Positions 37,645 to 46,918 of a DNA stretch of 64,000 bases are shown here, in pieces. How positions within the stretch are numbered: the stretch's first letter is position 1; each line of letters opens with the position of its first letter. The position numbers and the translations under genes are program-made. The stretch comes from an uncultured Actinomycetes bacterium (lineage in GTDB: Bacteria > Actinomycetota > Thermoleophilia > Solirubrobacterales > 70-9), in NCBI GenBank assembly GCA_963782795.1, contig CAWALB010000006.1, positions 34,808-98,807 of the forward strand, in the 5' to 3' direction. Below the pieces are notes generated by a model that saw nothing but the letters and a program-made list of their open reading frames with translations, was not told the origin of the DNA and did not search any database.

Positions 37645-39021
37645 ATGATCACGTCTTCGGTCCTGCCCTCGAGGAGGGCACGCGGGGCAGGCACCGCTCT
37701 CCTACTTGCGTTCCTGGCTTTTGCATGCGGCCTGCTCGCCGCCGGGGCCACGCCTACCCGCGCAGCCGCCGCACCGCACTCGGTCGCCTCCGACGAGGTG
37801 CTCGTCCACTACCGCGGGGAGACCGGTGAGCAGCGGGTGAGCGTCCCGGCCGGCCAGTCCGTCTCGGCGACCCTCTCCGGCCTCCGGAGTAACCCGGCGG
37901 TGGGCTATGCGCGTCCCGACCACCTGGTGCACGCCGCCAGGTTCTGGCCGGACGACCCAGGACCGGGCGGGCGAGGGCATTGGTATCGGGACCAGTGGAA
38001 CTTTCTCACGCCCACCCGCGTGGTCGGCGGGATCGGAGTGCCCGGCGGATGGCAACGCCTGATCGCGGACGGCCATCCCGGCGCCAAGGGCGTCACCGTC
38101 GCCGTCCTCGACACGGGCGTCGCGTACCGGAACATGGGCAAGCGCTTCCGCCGCGATCCCGACCTGCCACCCACGAAGCACTTCGTCCACCCGAAGGACT
38201 TCGTCGACGGCGACAGCCTGCCGCTCGATCGCGAGGGCCACGGTACGCACGTCGCGAGCACGATCGCGCAGGCAACCGACAACGGCCTCGGCCTCACCGG
38301 CATCGCCTACGGCGCGAAGGTCATGCCGATCCGCGTGCTCGACCGCCACGAGGTCGGCAAGGGAAGCGACGTCGCCAAGGGGATCGGGTTCGCGACCGCG
38401 CACGGGGCCGACGTGATCAATCTCAGCCTGGACTTCGAGCCCGACGTCAAGCACTGCGATCAGATCGTCAGCGTGTGCCACGCGATCCAGCACGCGATCC
38501 ACAAGGGCGTGACGGTGGTCGCGGCCGCAGGGAACGACGACATGTCGCGCGTCTTCTATCCGGCCGCCGCACGGGGCGTGATCGCGGTCGGCGGCTCGAC
38601 CTACCGCGGATGCGACGCGGACTACTCGAACTACGGCACCGGCCTGGACCTGGTGGCGCCGGGAGGCGGAGTGGACAAGGCGCCTGAGGTGACCGCCGAC
38701 CTCCGCTGCCGGCCGAACGCGCAGGGGTACGAGATCCGCCAATACAGCCTCCTCCCGAAAGCCGCGAAGCGCGGCGACTTCGGGAAGTTCGGGATCACCG
38801 GCCTCGAGGGCACCTCGATGTCCGCCGCCCACGTGAGCGGGGTTGCGGCGACCGTGATCGCCTCGCGCGTCTGCGGCAAGCATCCGTCCCCCAGACGGGT
38901 CGCCCGCCGGCTCAAGGGCACCGCCGTCGACCGCGGCGCCCCGGGCCGGGACGACGTCTACGGCGACGGGCTGCTCGACGCCTCGCGGGCGATCAGCCCG
39001 CGCACGCCCTGCGGCAGCTGA
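37645..39021 (+). CDS. secreted S8 family (subtilisin-like) serine peptidase
   Basis: Catalytic triad contexts VAVLDTGV, GHGTHVAS and GTSMSAAHVSGVAA, plus a signal peptide. ATG 37645 or GTG 37624. Confidence 0.85.
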   Translation: MITSSVLPSRRARGAGTALLLAFLAFACGLLAAGATPTRAAAAPHSVASDEVLVHYRGETGEQRVSVPAGQSVSATLSGLRSNPAVGYARPDHLVHAARFWPDDPGPGGRGHWYRDQWNFLTPTRVVGGIGVPGGWQRLIADGHPGAKGVTVAVLDTGVAYRNMGKRFRRDPDLPPTKHFVHPKDFVDGDSLPLDREGHGTHVASTIAQATDNGLGLTGIAYGAKVMPIRVLDRHEVGKGSDVAKGIGFATAHGADVINLSLDFEPDVKHCDQIVSVCHAIQHAIHKGVTVVAAAGNDDMSRVFYPAAARGVIAVGGSTYRGCDADYSNYGTGLDLVAPGGGVDKAPEVTADLRCRPNAQGYEIRQYSLLPKAAKRGDFGKFGITGLEGTSMSAAHVSGVAATVIASRVCGKHPSPRRVARRLKGTAVDRGAPGRDDVYGDGLLDASRAISPRTPCGS

Positions 39022-39025
39022 GCGT

Positions 39026-39505
39026 CTAGGTCGTGCGGACGATGTACACGCCGCAAGGGGCGTGGTGGGAGACCTTGTTCGGCACACTGCCGAGCAGGAA
39101 CCGCTTGGCCCCCGTCATCCCCTTGTTCCCGACCACGATGAGGTCGGCGTTGCTCTCCTCCGCAACGTCGAGGATCGCGTCGGCCGGGTCGCCCTCGCGC
39201 GGGTAGGGCTCCGCGTCGACGCCGTCCTGCTGGGCCTGGCCCACAGCCGAGTCGAGGATCACGTTCACGTCCTCACGCGGCCCGGCGGCGTGGGCGACGT
39301 CACCCGGCAGCTCCGCCGCCTCCTCGCGCACCCTGGTCTGAGGGACGGGCTCGAACGCCGCCACGATGGCGAGCTTGCCACCAGAGAGCTTCGCCAGCCC
39401 GATCGCCTGGCGGACCGCCTCGCCGGCGGTGTCTGAGCCGTCGGTTCCAACCACTATGCGATCGAACAAGCCATCCCCCTTCGTGTCGCGTGGATTGCGG
39501 GGCAT
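39026..39505 (-). CDS. universal stress protein (UspA family)
   Basis: IVVGTDGSDTA...LIVVGNKGMTGAKRFLLGSVPNKVSHHAPCGVYIV. Confidence 0.85.
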   Translation of the reverse strand: MPRNPRDTKGDGLFDRIVVGTDGSDTAGEAVRQAIGLAKLSGGKLAIVAAFEPVPQTRVREEAAELPGDVAHAAGPREDVNVILDSAVGQAQQDGVDAEPYPREGDPADAILDVAEESNADLIVVGNKGMTGAKRFLLGSVPNKVSHHAPCGVYIVRTT

Positions 39506-39641
39506 CCTACCCCGTCCCCATGCGGGTTTTCGCCGGTCAGAGTAGGTGAACGAGGGCGATCACGATCGACGCCACCAGGCAGATGACGAGGATGGTCATC
39601 GCGACGATCCAGCTGCGCGGCACGCGCAATAGGGTACGGGC

Positions 39642-40631
39642 GTGGCCACCGTGGAGACCGTGACCGGGACGATCGACGCCGAGGAGCTCGGCACCACCCT
39701 CATCCACGAGCACCTGATCTTCCGCGACGAGGCGGTGCTGGCCGAGTGGCCGCACGCGGGCACGGTCAAGGAGTCCGAGCCGCCGGTCATCGTCGACGAC
39801 GACGGCGCCTACCACGCGGCGGTCGAGGCCGCGAGCGCGGCAGTCGAGCGGGGCGTCAAGACCATCGGGGAGCCGACGGCGATGTTCGGCGGCCGGGACG
39901 TGCGGTTCTCGCGCCGCGTCGCCGAGGAGACGGGCCTCCAGGTCGTCCCTTGCACCGGGATCTACACCTACGACTACCTGCCGCCGTACTTCATGTTCCG
40001 GGACGAGGACGCGATGGCGGACCTGTTCGTCCACGACATCGAGAAGGGGATCCAGGGCACGGACATCAAGGCCGCCTTCCTGAAGTGCGCCGCCGACGAG
40101 CCCGGTGTCACGCCCAACGTCGAGAAGGTGCACCGGGCCATCGCGCGAGCGAGCGTCCGCACGGGCACCCCGATCATGGCCCATTCGCGCCCGGCCTCGG
40201 AGACCGGCCCGCACCAGGTCGATGTCTTCGAGGAGGAGGGCGTCGACCTTTCGAAGGTCCAGATCGCCCACACGGGCGACACAGCCGACCTCGACTACAT
40301 CGAGCGGCTGCTCGACAGGGGCGTCTACATCGGGATGGACCGCTACGGGCTGGAGATCTTCCTGCCCATGGAGCAGCGCAACGCGACCGTCACGGCGCTG
40401 CTGGAGCGCGGCTACGCCGATCGCATGTTCCTGTCACAGGACTTCTGCGCAACGCTTGACTGGTATCCGCCCGAGGTTGGGAAGCAGCTGATGGAGTCGG
40501 GCGCGGCGAAGGACTGGAGCATGACGCTGGTGCACGATCAGGTGATCCCGACTCTGCGCGAGGCGGGGATGACCGACGAGCAGCTCCAGACGATGATGGT
40601 CGCAAACCCGCAGCGCTGGCTGACCTCCTAG
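39642..40631 (+). CDS. phosphotriesterase-related (amidohydrolase) protein
   Basis: GTTLIHEHL metal-binding motif, 329 aa. GTG start. Confidence 0.85.
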   Translation: MATVETVTGTIDAEELGTTLIHEHLIFRDEAVLAEWPHAGTVKESEPPVIVDDDGAYHAAVEAASAAVERGVKTIGEPTAMFGGRDVRFSRRVAEETGLQVVPCTGIYTYDYLPPYFMFRDEDAMADLFVHDIEKGIQGTDIKAAFLKCAADEPGVTPNVEKVHRAIARASVRTGTPIMAHSRPASETGPHQVDVFEEEGVDLSKVQIAHTGDTADLDYIERLLDRGVYIGMDRYGLEIFLPMEQRNATVTALLERGYADRMFLSQDFCATLDWYPPEVGKQLMESGAAKDWSMTLVHDQVIPTLREAGMTDEQLQTMMVANPQRWLTS

Positions 40632-42045
40632 GCCCAAGGTCGATCACCAGCGGACGCCCGACGTTCCCCTGGTCGTCCACCGCGCGGATCGCCAGATAGC
40701 GCTCGGCGCCGGCGGGGATCGTGTAGGTCTGCGACACGCCAGCCGCCTTTGGGCCCGGGGCGTTGGGCAGCGACCGAGCGCTGCCGAAGCTCGTGGGGTC
40801 GATCGGCTTGGTCGAGGTGACGACCTGGTAGCGCTTGACCGTTCCGCAGAGCAGGTCGTCGCCGGGCGCCTTGAACGTGAGGCGCGCCCCGGTGCGCCTG
40901 GCGCCGAACGGCACGCCCGGCAGGATCGCGTCGCGCCCGTAGTCCCCCGAGTTCGCGTTGTCGTGATGGAAGCGCGGCCATGCCGACGGCGAGCAGACGG
41001 GAGCTGCGGTGCTATAGGCGTTGACGTAACCCGATCGGGTCTCCCCGATCACGACCTTGTGCGCCGAGGAATCGGTGTCCCGGGTGCCGAGCGAGCCGAT
41101 CGTCGGGTTCGTGATCGTCCAGTCGCCGGTGAGCTTGGGCCAGTCCTGAAGCTCGGCGCCGGTGTCGCTGAACGCGTTCAGGTCCATGCTCGCGGTCCCC
41201 TCGACGATCTCCTGCCCCGGGCGGCCGTCGAGATCCGCGACCGAGGGGCCGGTCAGGAACTGCAGGTCGTTGACCGGCTGCGGGAAGTTCGGGCGCAGCT
41301 GGCCGCCGCCGGTGACGCTCCAGGCGGCGAGGAAGTCCTGCCCGGTCGGCTGGTAGTCGGGGAAGGCGACATCGAGCGCCCGGCCGAGCCCCGCCGCCGG
41401 AGCCACAAAGGAGAGTCCCGTCCCGTCGATGTTCGCGAACGCGGGCGAACCGACCGCCGGGACGAGCGGGTGATCCGGCTGGGTCCCGTAGCCGTCGGTC
41501 TGGAGCGGGATGTCGGCGCCTCCGGTCCGCCCGTAGCAGGACTGGCCGTTCGGGTTGAAGACGTACGCGAGGCCGTTGTTGGACATCGCGCCGACCTTCG
41601 GGCCGCCGCCGCTGCCGCAGCTGACGTTCCCGATCACCGGGTAGCCGGTGATGCCCTCCCCGACCACGGGCAGGAGCTCGGCGTCGACGATTGCCGGCTT
41701 CGCGGGCCAGCCTGGCAGGAACGGCCCGCCCGCGTGGTTGTCACCGTCGGCCTGGATCGCGTAGACGCGCGAGTTCGCCGGCTTGAGGGGGACGTCCGGG
41801 AGGTTGTTGCAGATCGCTCCGCCCCCCTCCGCGGCGCACTCCCCCTTGAACGCGTCGACGCCCTGGCCGATCTGATCGAGGAGGTTGAAGGACGAGCCGT
41901 TGGCTGGCGCGGCGTTCCCGGCGCTCGTGCTCGGCAGCCCGTGGGGCATCGACGACGCCGGGTGCCCGGAGCGCCCGAACCCGCCCGTCCCCACCTGGCA
42001 CGCGTACGCGGCGAACCGCTTCCAGATCGGGCTCGCCGACGACAT
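40390..42045 (-). CDS. FG-GAP/propeller-like extracellular-type protein with an Ig/FN3-like C-terminal domain; both ends anomalous
   Basis: Coherent core (WPRFHHDNANSGDYGRD; RYLAIRAVDDQGNVGRP). No signal peptide; an in-frame stop sits 2 codons upstream of the ATG. The last ~80 aa are low-complexity and antisense to the phosphotriesterase gene. Confidence 0.5.
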   Translation of the reverse strand: MSSASPIWKRFAAYACQVGTGGFGRSGHPASSMPHGLPSTSAGNAAPANGSSFNLLDQIGQGVDAFKGECAAEGGGAICNNLPDVPLKPANSRVYAIQADGDNHAGGPFLPGWPAKPAIVDAELLPVVGEGITGYPVIGNVSCGSGGGPKVGAMSNNGLAYVFNPNGQSCYGRTGGADIPLQTDGYGTQPDHPLVPAVGSPAFANIDGTGLSFVAPAAGLGRALDVAFPDYQPTGQDFLAAWSVTGGGQLRPNFPQPVNDLQFLTGPSVADLDGRPGQEIVEGTASMDLNAFSDTGAELQDWPKLTGDWTITNPTIGSLGTRDTDSSAHKVVIGETRSGYVNAYSTAAPVCSPSAWPRFHHDNANSGDYGRDAILPGVPFGARRTGARLTFKAPGDDLLCGTVKRYQVVTSTKPIDPTSFGSARSLPNAPGPKAAGVSQTYTIPAGAERYLAIRAVDDQGNVGRPLVIDLGPRRSASAAGLRPSSSGAARRSSPPRAESGSPDRAPASCSSPSPRPTPSAASQPRADTSQALRRSPVTGTCDRRSRAPAAP

Positions 42046-42634
42046 GATCGGCTACGAGGAGCCGGCGTGGTCCTTCTCGAGCCTCCCCGGCGCGTTCACG
42101 TACTACGGCGCCCCGGACCACGGCGGCCCGGCGACCTGCACCGACGACCTCGACGACAAGGACAGCAAGGGCCACCAGCACAAGCTCGAAACCGAGGGCG
42201 CTGGGCCGACCGCCTCGAACCTCGTCGCGAGCAACCTGACCAAGCTGGTCGAGCGGGACCCGGACCCGGTGGCACAGGTCCTGCAGGGCCGTTACGTGTA
42301 TCGCGACGGAAGCCTCTCGCGCCGGCCGGAGCGCGCCGCGCCCGACGGCGGCACGCAGGACGCCGTCGGCGTCTGGCTGGCGGACCCCGGCAGCGACCGG
42401 CTGTCTAGCGGCTCCGGAAGGATCGTCGCGCTCCCGGGCATCCGGTCGTTCGGGGACCGGAAGGTGGACGCGAGCGGCCGGTTCATGGACTACGACGGGC
42501 GCTTCCAGGGGAGCCCCGACATCACCACCCGCGGGATGCTCACCGGCCGCCGCACCAACCCGGACCGGCGCTACTACCTGAAGGTCTACCCCGCGCTGAC
42601 GGCCGCGCCGCTGGGTCCCGCCGAAGGCGGCTGA
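41885..42634 (+). CDS. hypothetical protein, N-terminus undefined
   Basis: Protein-like from about DDMIGYEEPAWSFSSLPGAFTYYGAPDHGG to the stop. The 5' 160 nt overlap the divergent ORF in the frame that shares wobble positions. An internal ATG lies at 42044. Confidence 0.4.
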   Translation: MKDEPLAGAAFPALVLGSPWGIDDAGCPERPNPPVPTWHAYAANRFQIGLADDMIGYEEPAWSFSSLPGAFTYYGAPDHGGPATCTDDLDDKDSKGHQHKLETEGAGPTASNLVASNLTKLVERDPDPVAQVLQGRYVYRDGSLSRRPERAAPDGGTQDAVGVWLADPGSDRLSSGSGRIVALPGIRSFGDRKVDASGRFMDYDGRFQGSPDITTRGMLTGRRTNPDRRYYLKVYPALTAAPLGPAEGG

Positions 42635-42635
42635 G

Positions 42636-44765
42636 CTAGCTCCGCGACACCGCGAGCATCGCGACGTCGTCGGGGATCGTCTCCGGGCTGAAGCGCTCCG
42701 CGAGCGAACGCAGGCAAGCCTCGGCATCGGCTGGGCCTTGCGCGAGGGCCTCGGCGAGGTTCTCGAGCTCCTCGTCGAAGTCGCGGTCGCTGCGCTCGAT
42801 CAGCCCGTCGGTGTACAGGAGCAGGAGGCTTCCCGGGGGGAAGTCCACGCGGTGGGTCCGGCAGTCCAGATCGTCGAAGACGCCGAGCGGCTGGGTTCCC
42901 TTGCCGGCCAGCTGCTCGACCGTTCCGTCGGGAAGCCGGAGCAGGGCGGGCGGGTGCCCCGCGCGCACGTAGTCCAGGTGGCCCGACTCGAGGTCCAGCT
43001 CCAGCTGCACGGCGGTCGCCATCTGCGGCTGCGCCGCCTCGCGCATCACTCGGTTCGTGCGCTGCACCACCTCGTCCGGCGCCTTCCCGTCGAGCACGAA
43101 CGCGCGGACGACCCCCGCCACGTGGCCCATGACTGCGGCGGCGTTCACGCCGCGCCCCGCGATGTCCCCGATCGTCATCGCCGCCCGATCGTGCCCGAGC
43201 GGGGTGACGTCGTACCAGTCACCTCCGACCTCCAGCCCCGGCGCGGCCGGGAGGTAGCGCGCCGCGAACTGCACCCCGCGCAACTCCGGGAGCGATTCGG
43301 GCAGCAGCGAGCGCTGGAGGGTGACCGCCGCGTCGTGCTCGTGGCGGAACAGCATCGCGTTGTCGACCGCCAGGCCGGCGCGCCGCGCAAGGTCCTCGGC
43401 CAGCTCGAGATCCGTCTGGTCGAAGAGGCGGTCCGGCGAGGACGACACGAAGGTGATCGCGCCCAGCACCCGGCCGCGCGCTCCGAGGGGGACGACCATG
43501 CCGGACACGAGGCCGATCTCGCGCATCACCTTCAGGTGCTCCTCGTCCTCGGCGGCCTCTACGAGCAGCTCGTCTGGGATCTCCTCGTAGAGCTCCGACT
43601 TGCCGGTCCGGATCACGTTCGGCGCGCCCGTCGGCGCATCGGGGTCGACGGGGTAGCGCTCGCGAAACTCGCTAGCCAGCCGCACCAGGTCGGGGTCGAC
43701 GTGGGCGGTTGCGACATTCCGCAGCCCCCCCTCGTCGTCCGCGAGATCGATGGCGCACCAATCGCCGAGCTCGCGGATCGCCAGGTTGGCGAGATTCTGC
43801 AAGGTGGTATCGGGGTCGAGAGAGCCGGACAGGAGCTCGCTCGCCGCCGCCAGGAAGGTGATTCGCTCCGCCGCGCGGCGCTGATCCTCGTAAACGCGAG
43901 CATGATCGAAGGTCTGGGCCGCGTGCTGCGCGGCTGTGAGCATGAAGGTCCGCTCCTCCTCGTCGAACTCGTGGGGCGTGCTGAAGCTCAGCGCGATGGC
44001 GCCGAACGGGCGGCCCTCGATCGCGAGCGGGATCACAGCAAGGGACGAGAACAGAATCTTTGCCTCGCTCAGGCCCGAGTACCGGTCGCGGAGCTGGCCG
44101 GCGGACTCGGTCCAGATCGGCTCGCCCGTCCGCACCGCGATGCTCATCGGAACGTCCGCGTCGAGCGGAAAGCACTGCCAGTCCTGGATTCCGGGGGCGG
44201 TGTAACCGACGCTCCCGGCAAGCTCGATGTCATCGCCGGCGTCATTGAGCAGCCCGACGGCGCCGGCGTCCGCGCAGAGGCCCGCAACCGACTGGTCGAG
44301 AAGCGCCCGCACGGCGCCCTGGCGCGTGATCTCGCTGGCGAACGCGGCGGTGAGCCTGTGAAGCCTGGCCGCGAAGTCCCTTGAACGGTGCTGCGCGCTG
44401 ATGTCCCTGGCGATGATCGAGGCTCCGACGATCGCGCCGGTCTCGTCGCGGAGGGGCGAGATGCTGAGGGAGACCCGGATCCGCCGGCCCGAGCGATGGA
44501 CGCGATCGCTCTCGTAGTGACTGACCTGTTCGCCGCCCAGCACCTGCTCGAGGATCCGCCACTCCTCACCGGAACGGTCCTCGGGGATGAGGATCGAGAT
44601 CTTCTGCCCGATCGCCTCCTCGGCGGTCCACCCGTACGTGCGCTCGGCGGCGGGGTTCCAGCTCGTGATCGTCCCCTCGGCGTCCTTGGTCAGGATCGCG
44701 TCGTCGGACGACTCGATGATCGACGCGAGCCGGATCTCAGTGAGGACCGGAGTGGGGCCGGTCAT
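42636..44765 (-). CDS. PAS-GAF-GAF-PP2C (SpoIIE/RsbU-type) serine phosphatase
   Basis: N-terminal PAS (SWNPAAERTYGWTAEEAIGQ), GAF regions and a C-terminal PP2C (GDWYDV...LLLYTDGLIE). ATGA overlap with the upstream gene. Confidence 0.85.
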   Translation of the reverse strand: MTGPTPVLTEIRLASIIESSDDAILTKDAEGTITSWNPAAERTYGWTAEEAIGQKISILIPEDRSGEEWRILEQVLGGEQVSHYESDRVHRSGRRIRVSLSISPLRDETGAIVGASIIARDISAQHRSRDFAARLHRLTAAFASEITRQGAVRALLDQSVAGLCADAGAVGLLNDAGDDIELAGSVGYTAPGIQDWQCFPLDADVPMSIAVRTGEPIWTESAGQLRDRYSGLSEAKILFSSLAVIPLAIEGRPFGAIALSFSTPHEFDEEERTFMLTAAQHAAQTFDHARVYEDQRRAAERITFLAAASELLSGSLDPDTTLQNLANLAIRELGDWCAIDLADDEGGLRNVATAHVDPDLVRLASEFRERYPVDPDAPTGAPNVIRTGKSELYEEIPDELLVEAAEDEEHLKVMREIGLVSGMVVPLGARGRVLGAITFVSSSPDRLFDQTDLELAEDLARRAGLAVDNAMLFRHEHDAAVTLQRSLLPESLPELRGVQFAARYLPAAPGLEVGGDWYDVTPLGHDRAAMTIGDIAGRGVNAAAVMGHVAGVVRAFVLDGKAPDEVVQRTNRVMREAAQPQMATAVQLELDLESGHLDYVRAGHPPALLRLPDGTVEQLAGKGTQPLGVFDDLDCRTHRVDFPPGSLLLLYTDGLIERSDRDFDEELENLAEALAQGPADAEACLRSLAERFSPETIPDDVAMLAVSRS

Positions 44766-45103
44766 GCGTCACTCTCCGCAACTCCGGTCCCGAAGCTCAT
44801 CGAGACGACGGTCCCCTTCTCGGATGAGGTGAATCGCACGTCGTCGCAGAGTTTGGTGATCAGCGGGATGCCTACCCTGAGCCCCGGGTTGCCGGGATTC
44901 GGCGTCATGCCGATGCCGTCATCTGCGACGGTGACCAACAGCCGGCCGCGCTTGTACCGGCCCGAAACCCGGATCTTTCCGGTCCTGCCGCCCCGGTAAC
45001 CGTGAATGACGGCGTTCCCGACCGCCTCGCTCACAGCGATCTTCACGTCGTCGACCTCCGCCCCGACGCGCTCAGCCAGCTTCGCCAGGGCGTTCCTGGC
45101 CAC
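44762..45103 (-). CDS. RsbW-like anti-sigma factor / serine kinase (HATPase)
   Basis: SEAVGNAVIHGY...LLVTVADDGIGM. Conserved-looking N-terminal residues continue upstream to an in-frame CTG at 45170..45172. Confidence 0.75.
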   Translation of the reverse strand: MARNALAKLAERVGAEVDDVKIAVSEAVGNAVIHGYRGGRTGKIRVSGRYKRGRLLVTVADDGIGMTPNPGNPGLRVGIPLITKLCDDVRFTSSEKGTVVSMSFGTGVAESDA

Positions 45104-45239
45104 AGCGACGTTTGTTGCGTCGCTGGACAGGTCCAGCTGGACCTGCTCTTCGTGGGGAACGGAAGTGGTCAGGCCACCAATCTAGTGACATGCGCCACGC
45201 GTCACGGAAGGTCCGCGTCCGCCCGCGGACGGATGTCGC

Positions 45240-46352
45240 TCAGCAGTTGGGCCGCGTGAAGATGTCGCTGCCGAACGATCGCAGCCCCGCCTGTCCCGCG
45301 TAGCCGAGGTAGGGGAGGTGGAAGTTCCGCTCCATGGAACGCAGCAGCGAATAGTGGTTGTACTTCTTCTTGCTGACCGTTCCGGGCTTGATGCAGGAGG
45401 AGACCATCACGGCGCCGACCCGGCCGCCTCCGGGGCCCGGGGTCAGGAACCCGGGCGTGTTCGGTGGCACGATGCTCGGTCCAGGCTGCTCGTTGCAGCA
45501 CCCGCTCGAGTCTCCCTCCGATCCCGTCGCCTCAGCCTCGTCGAAGGTCACGATCAAGAGGCCGCGGTGCTTATACGCCGAGGAGTGAAGGATCATCGGG
45601 ATCTGGCGGCGCAGCCAGCGGTTGACCGAGACGAGGCCGCCCGGCGCCCCGCTCGCGCAGGGAGCATCGTGGCCGTCGTTGCACAGGCCGGGCACGATGA
45701 ACGCGTAGTCGGGGGCGGTCCGCCAGCGCTTCAGGTCCTGGCGCAGGTGGGTGTAGTCGACGTCGTGCTGCCGGCACGTTCGCGTGAAGTCGATGAGCGA
45801 GTGGAAGTACACGAACGGGTTGTGGCGGGTCGCGTACTCATCCGTCGGCGTGGCGTTCTGCCACGGGTCGTGCTCTCCAATCGCAGGGTGACGGCACGGC
45901 GACTGCTGCCCCTTGGGGGCGTTGGCGTTCATGTCCTCCATGTAGCCCCGCCACTTGTAGCCCGAGCTGCCGAGCTGGCTGCCGATCGTCTGGACCCCGG
46001 CGGGGTAGACGCACCCGGTGCCGAACACCTGGCCGCCGGCCATCGAGGTGCCGGGCGTGATGTTGTTGAAAACCTGGCAGTCCGCCTGCGTCTGGATGTT
46101 CGGCGACTGCCCGCTCACCATCGCGACGTAGTTGCCCAGCGAGTTGTGCGCGATGCCGTAGTAGTTCGGCACGAAGGCGCCCTTCTTCTTCAGCGTCTGT
46201 GCGAGATAGGGGGCCTCGCTGTTGTGGCCGAACGTCGTCGAGGCGTTCTCGTTCTCGAGGACGACGATGAAGACGTGCTTGAAGTAGGGCACCTTGGCCG
46301 TTGCCTGCCCCACCCCGCCGGCGAGCGCCGCGACGGCGGTGAGCACCGCCAC
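45240..46352 (-). CDS. secreted phosphoesterase (acid phosphatase / phospholipase C family)
   Basis: HVFIVVLENENASTTFG signature. From GTG 46352 the signal peptide lacks a charged n-region. An in-frame CTG at 46398..46400 would restore it. Confidence 0.8.
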   Translation of the reverse strand: MAVLTAVAALAGGVGQATAKVPYFKHVFIVVLENENASTTFGHNSEAPYLAQTLKKKGAFVPNYYGIAHNSLGNYVAMVSGQSPNIQTQADCQVFNNITPGTSMAGGQVFGTGCVYPAGVQTIGSQLGSSGYKWRGYMEDMNANAPKGQQSPCRHPAIGEHDPWQNATPTDEYATRHNPFVYFHSLIDFTRTCRQHDVDYTHLRQDLKRWRTAPDYAFIVPGLCNDGHDAPCASGAPGGLVSVNRWLRRQIPMILHSSAYKHRGLLIVTFDEAEATGSEGDSSGCCNEQPGPSIVPPNTPGFLTPGPGGGRVGAVMVSSCIKPGTVSKKKYNHYSLLRSMERNFHLPYLGYAGQAGLRSFGSDIFTRPNC

Positions 46353-46396
46353 GAAGGCAGCGCGACGGATTCGGGCGCGCCCTGGCGCGCGGGAGG

Positions 46397-46834
46397 TCAG
46401 TTGGGCCCCCTCGGGCTGCGAACCGTCTCGCAGTTATAGACGCCGTCCTCGTTGCGGTCGACCTTCGCGAAGTCGTTGCCGTCGCCGCAGTCGATCTGGT
46501 CGGGCCGCCCGTCGCGGGCGTTGATCCGGTCGTTGCCGGGGCCGCCCATCAGCATGTCGAAGCCCTTGCCGCCGCCGATCACGTCGCCGCCCTTGCCGCC
46601 CTTGAGCAGGTCGTCCCCGCCGCGTCCCTTGATCTCGTCGCCGGCGCCACGACCCAGGATCTTGTCCCGCCGGTTGGTACCGACCAGCTTGTCGGGACGC
46701 GGGGTGCCCTTGATGACGTTGAAGGATGCCGCTGCCGGCGAGCTCGAATGGGCCAGGACGACCCCGCCGCCCACCAGCCCGATGCCCATGATGACCGCGA
46801 GCACCACGAGAATCCGCTGGCCCCGACGGGTCAT
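46397..46834 (-). CDS. membrane-anchored protein with hemolysin-type (RTX) calcium-binding repeats
   Basis: MTRRGQRILVVLAVIMGIGLVGGGVVL anchor, then GRGGDDLLKGGKGGDVIGGGKGFDMLMGGPGNDRINARDG. The upstream half of the track ORF is the antisense shadow of the PPIase gene and was trimmed. Confidence 0.6.
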   Translation of the reverse strand: MTRRGQRILVVLAVIMGIGLVGGGVVLAHSSSPAAASFNVIKGTPRPDKLVGTNRRDKILGRGAGDEIKGRGGDDLLKGGKGGDVIGGGKGFDMLMGGPGNDRINARDGRPDQIDCGDGNDFAKVDRNEDGVYNCETVRSPRGPN

Positions 46835-46918
46835 GCGCGGCAGCATAAGGCGCGAACCTAAGGCACGCGGCGTTCCGCGTGAACGATCTGTGAAGCTGGT
46901 CGCTAGAGTGGCGCCTTC

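Noticed and set aside
39537-39599. A 20-aa (28-aa from GTG) hydrophobic ORF (MTILVICLVASIVIALVHLL) between the USP and phosphotriesterase genes.
   Set aside because: It is too short, has no SD, and could not be distinguished from chance in a hydrophobic-codon-rich frame.
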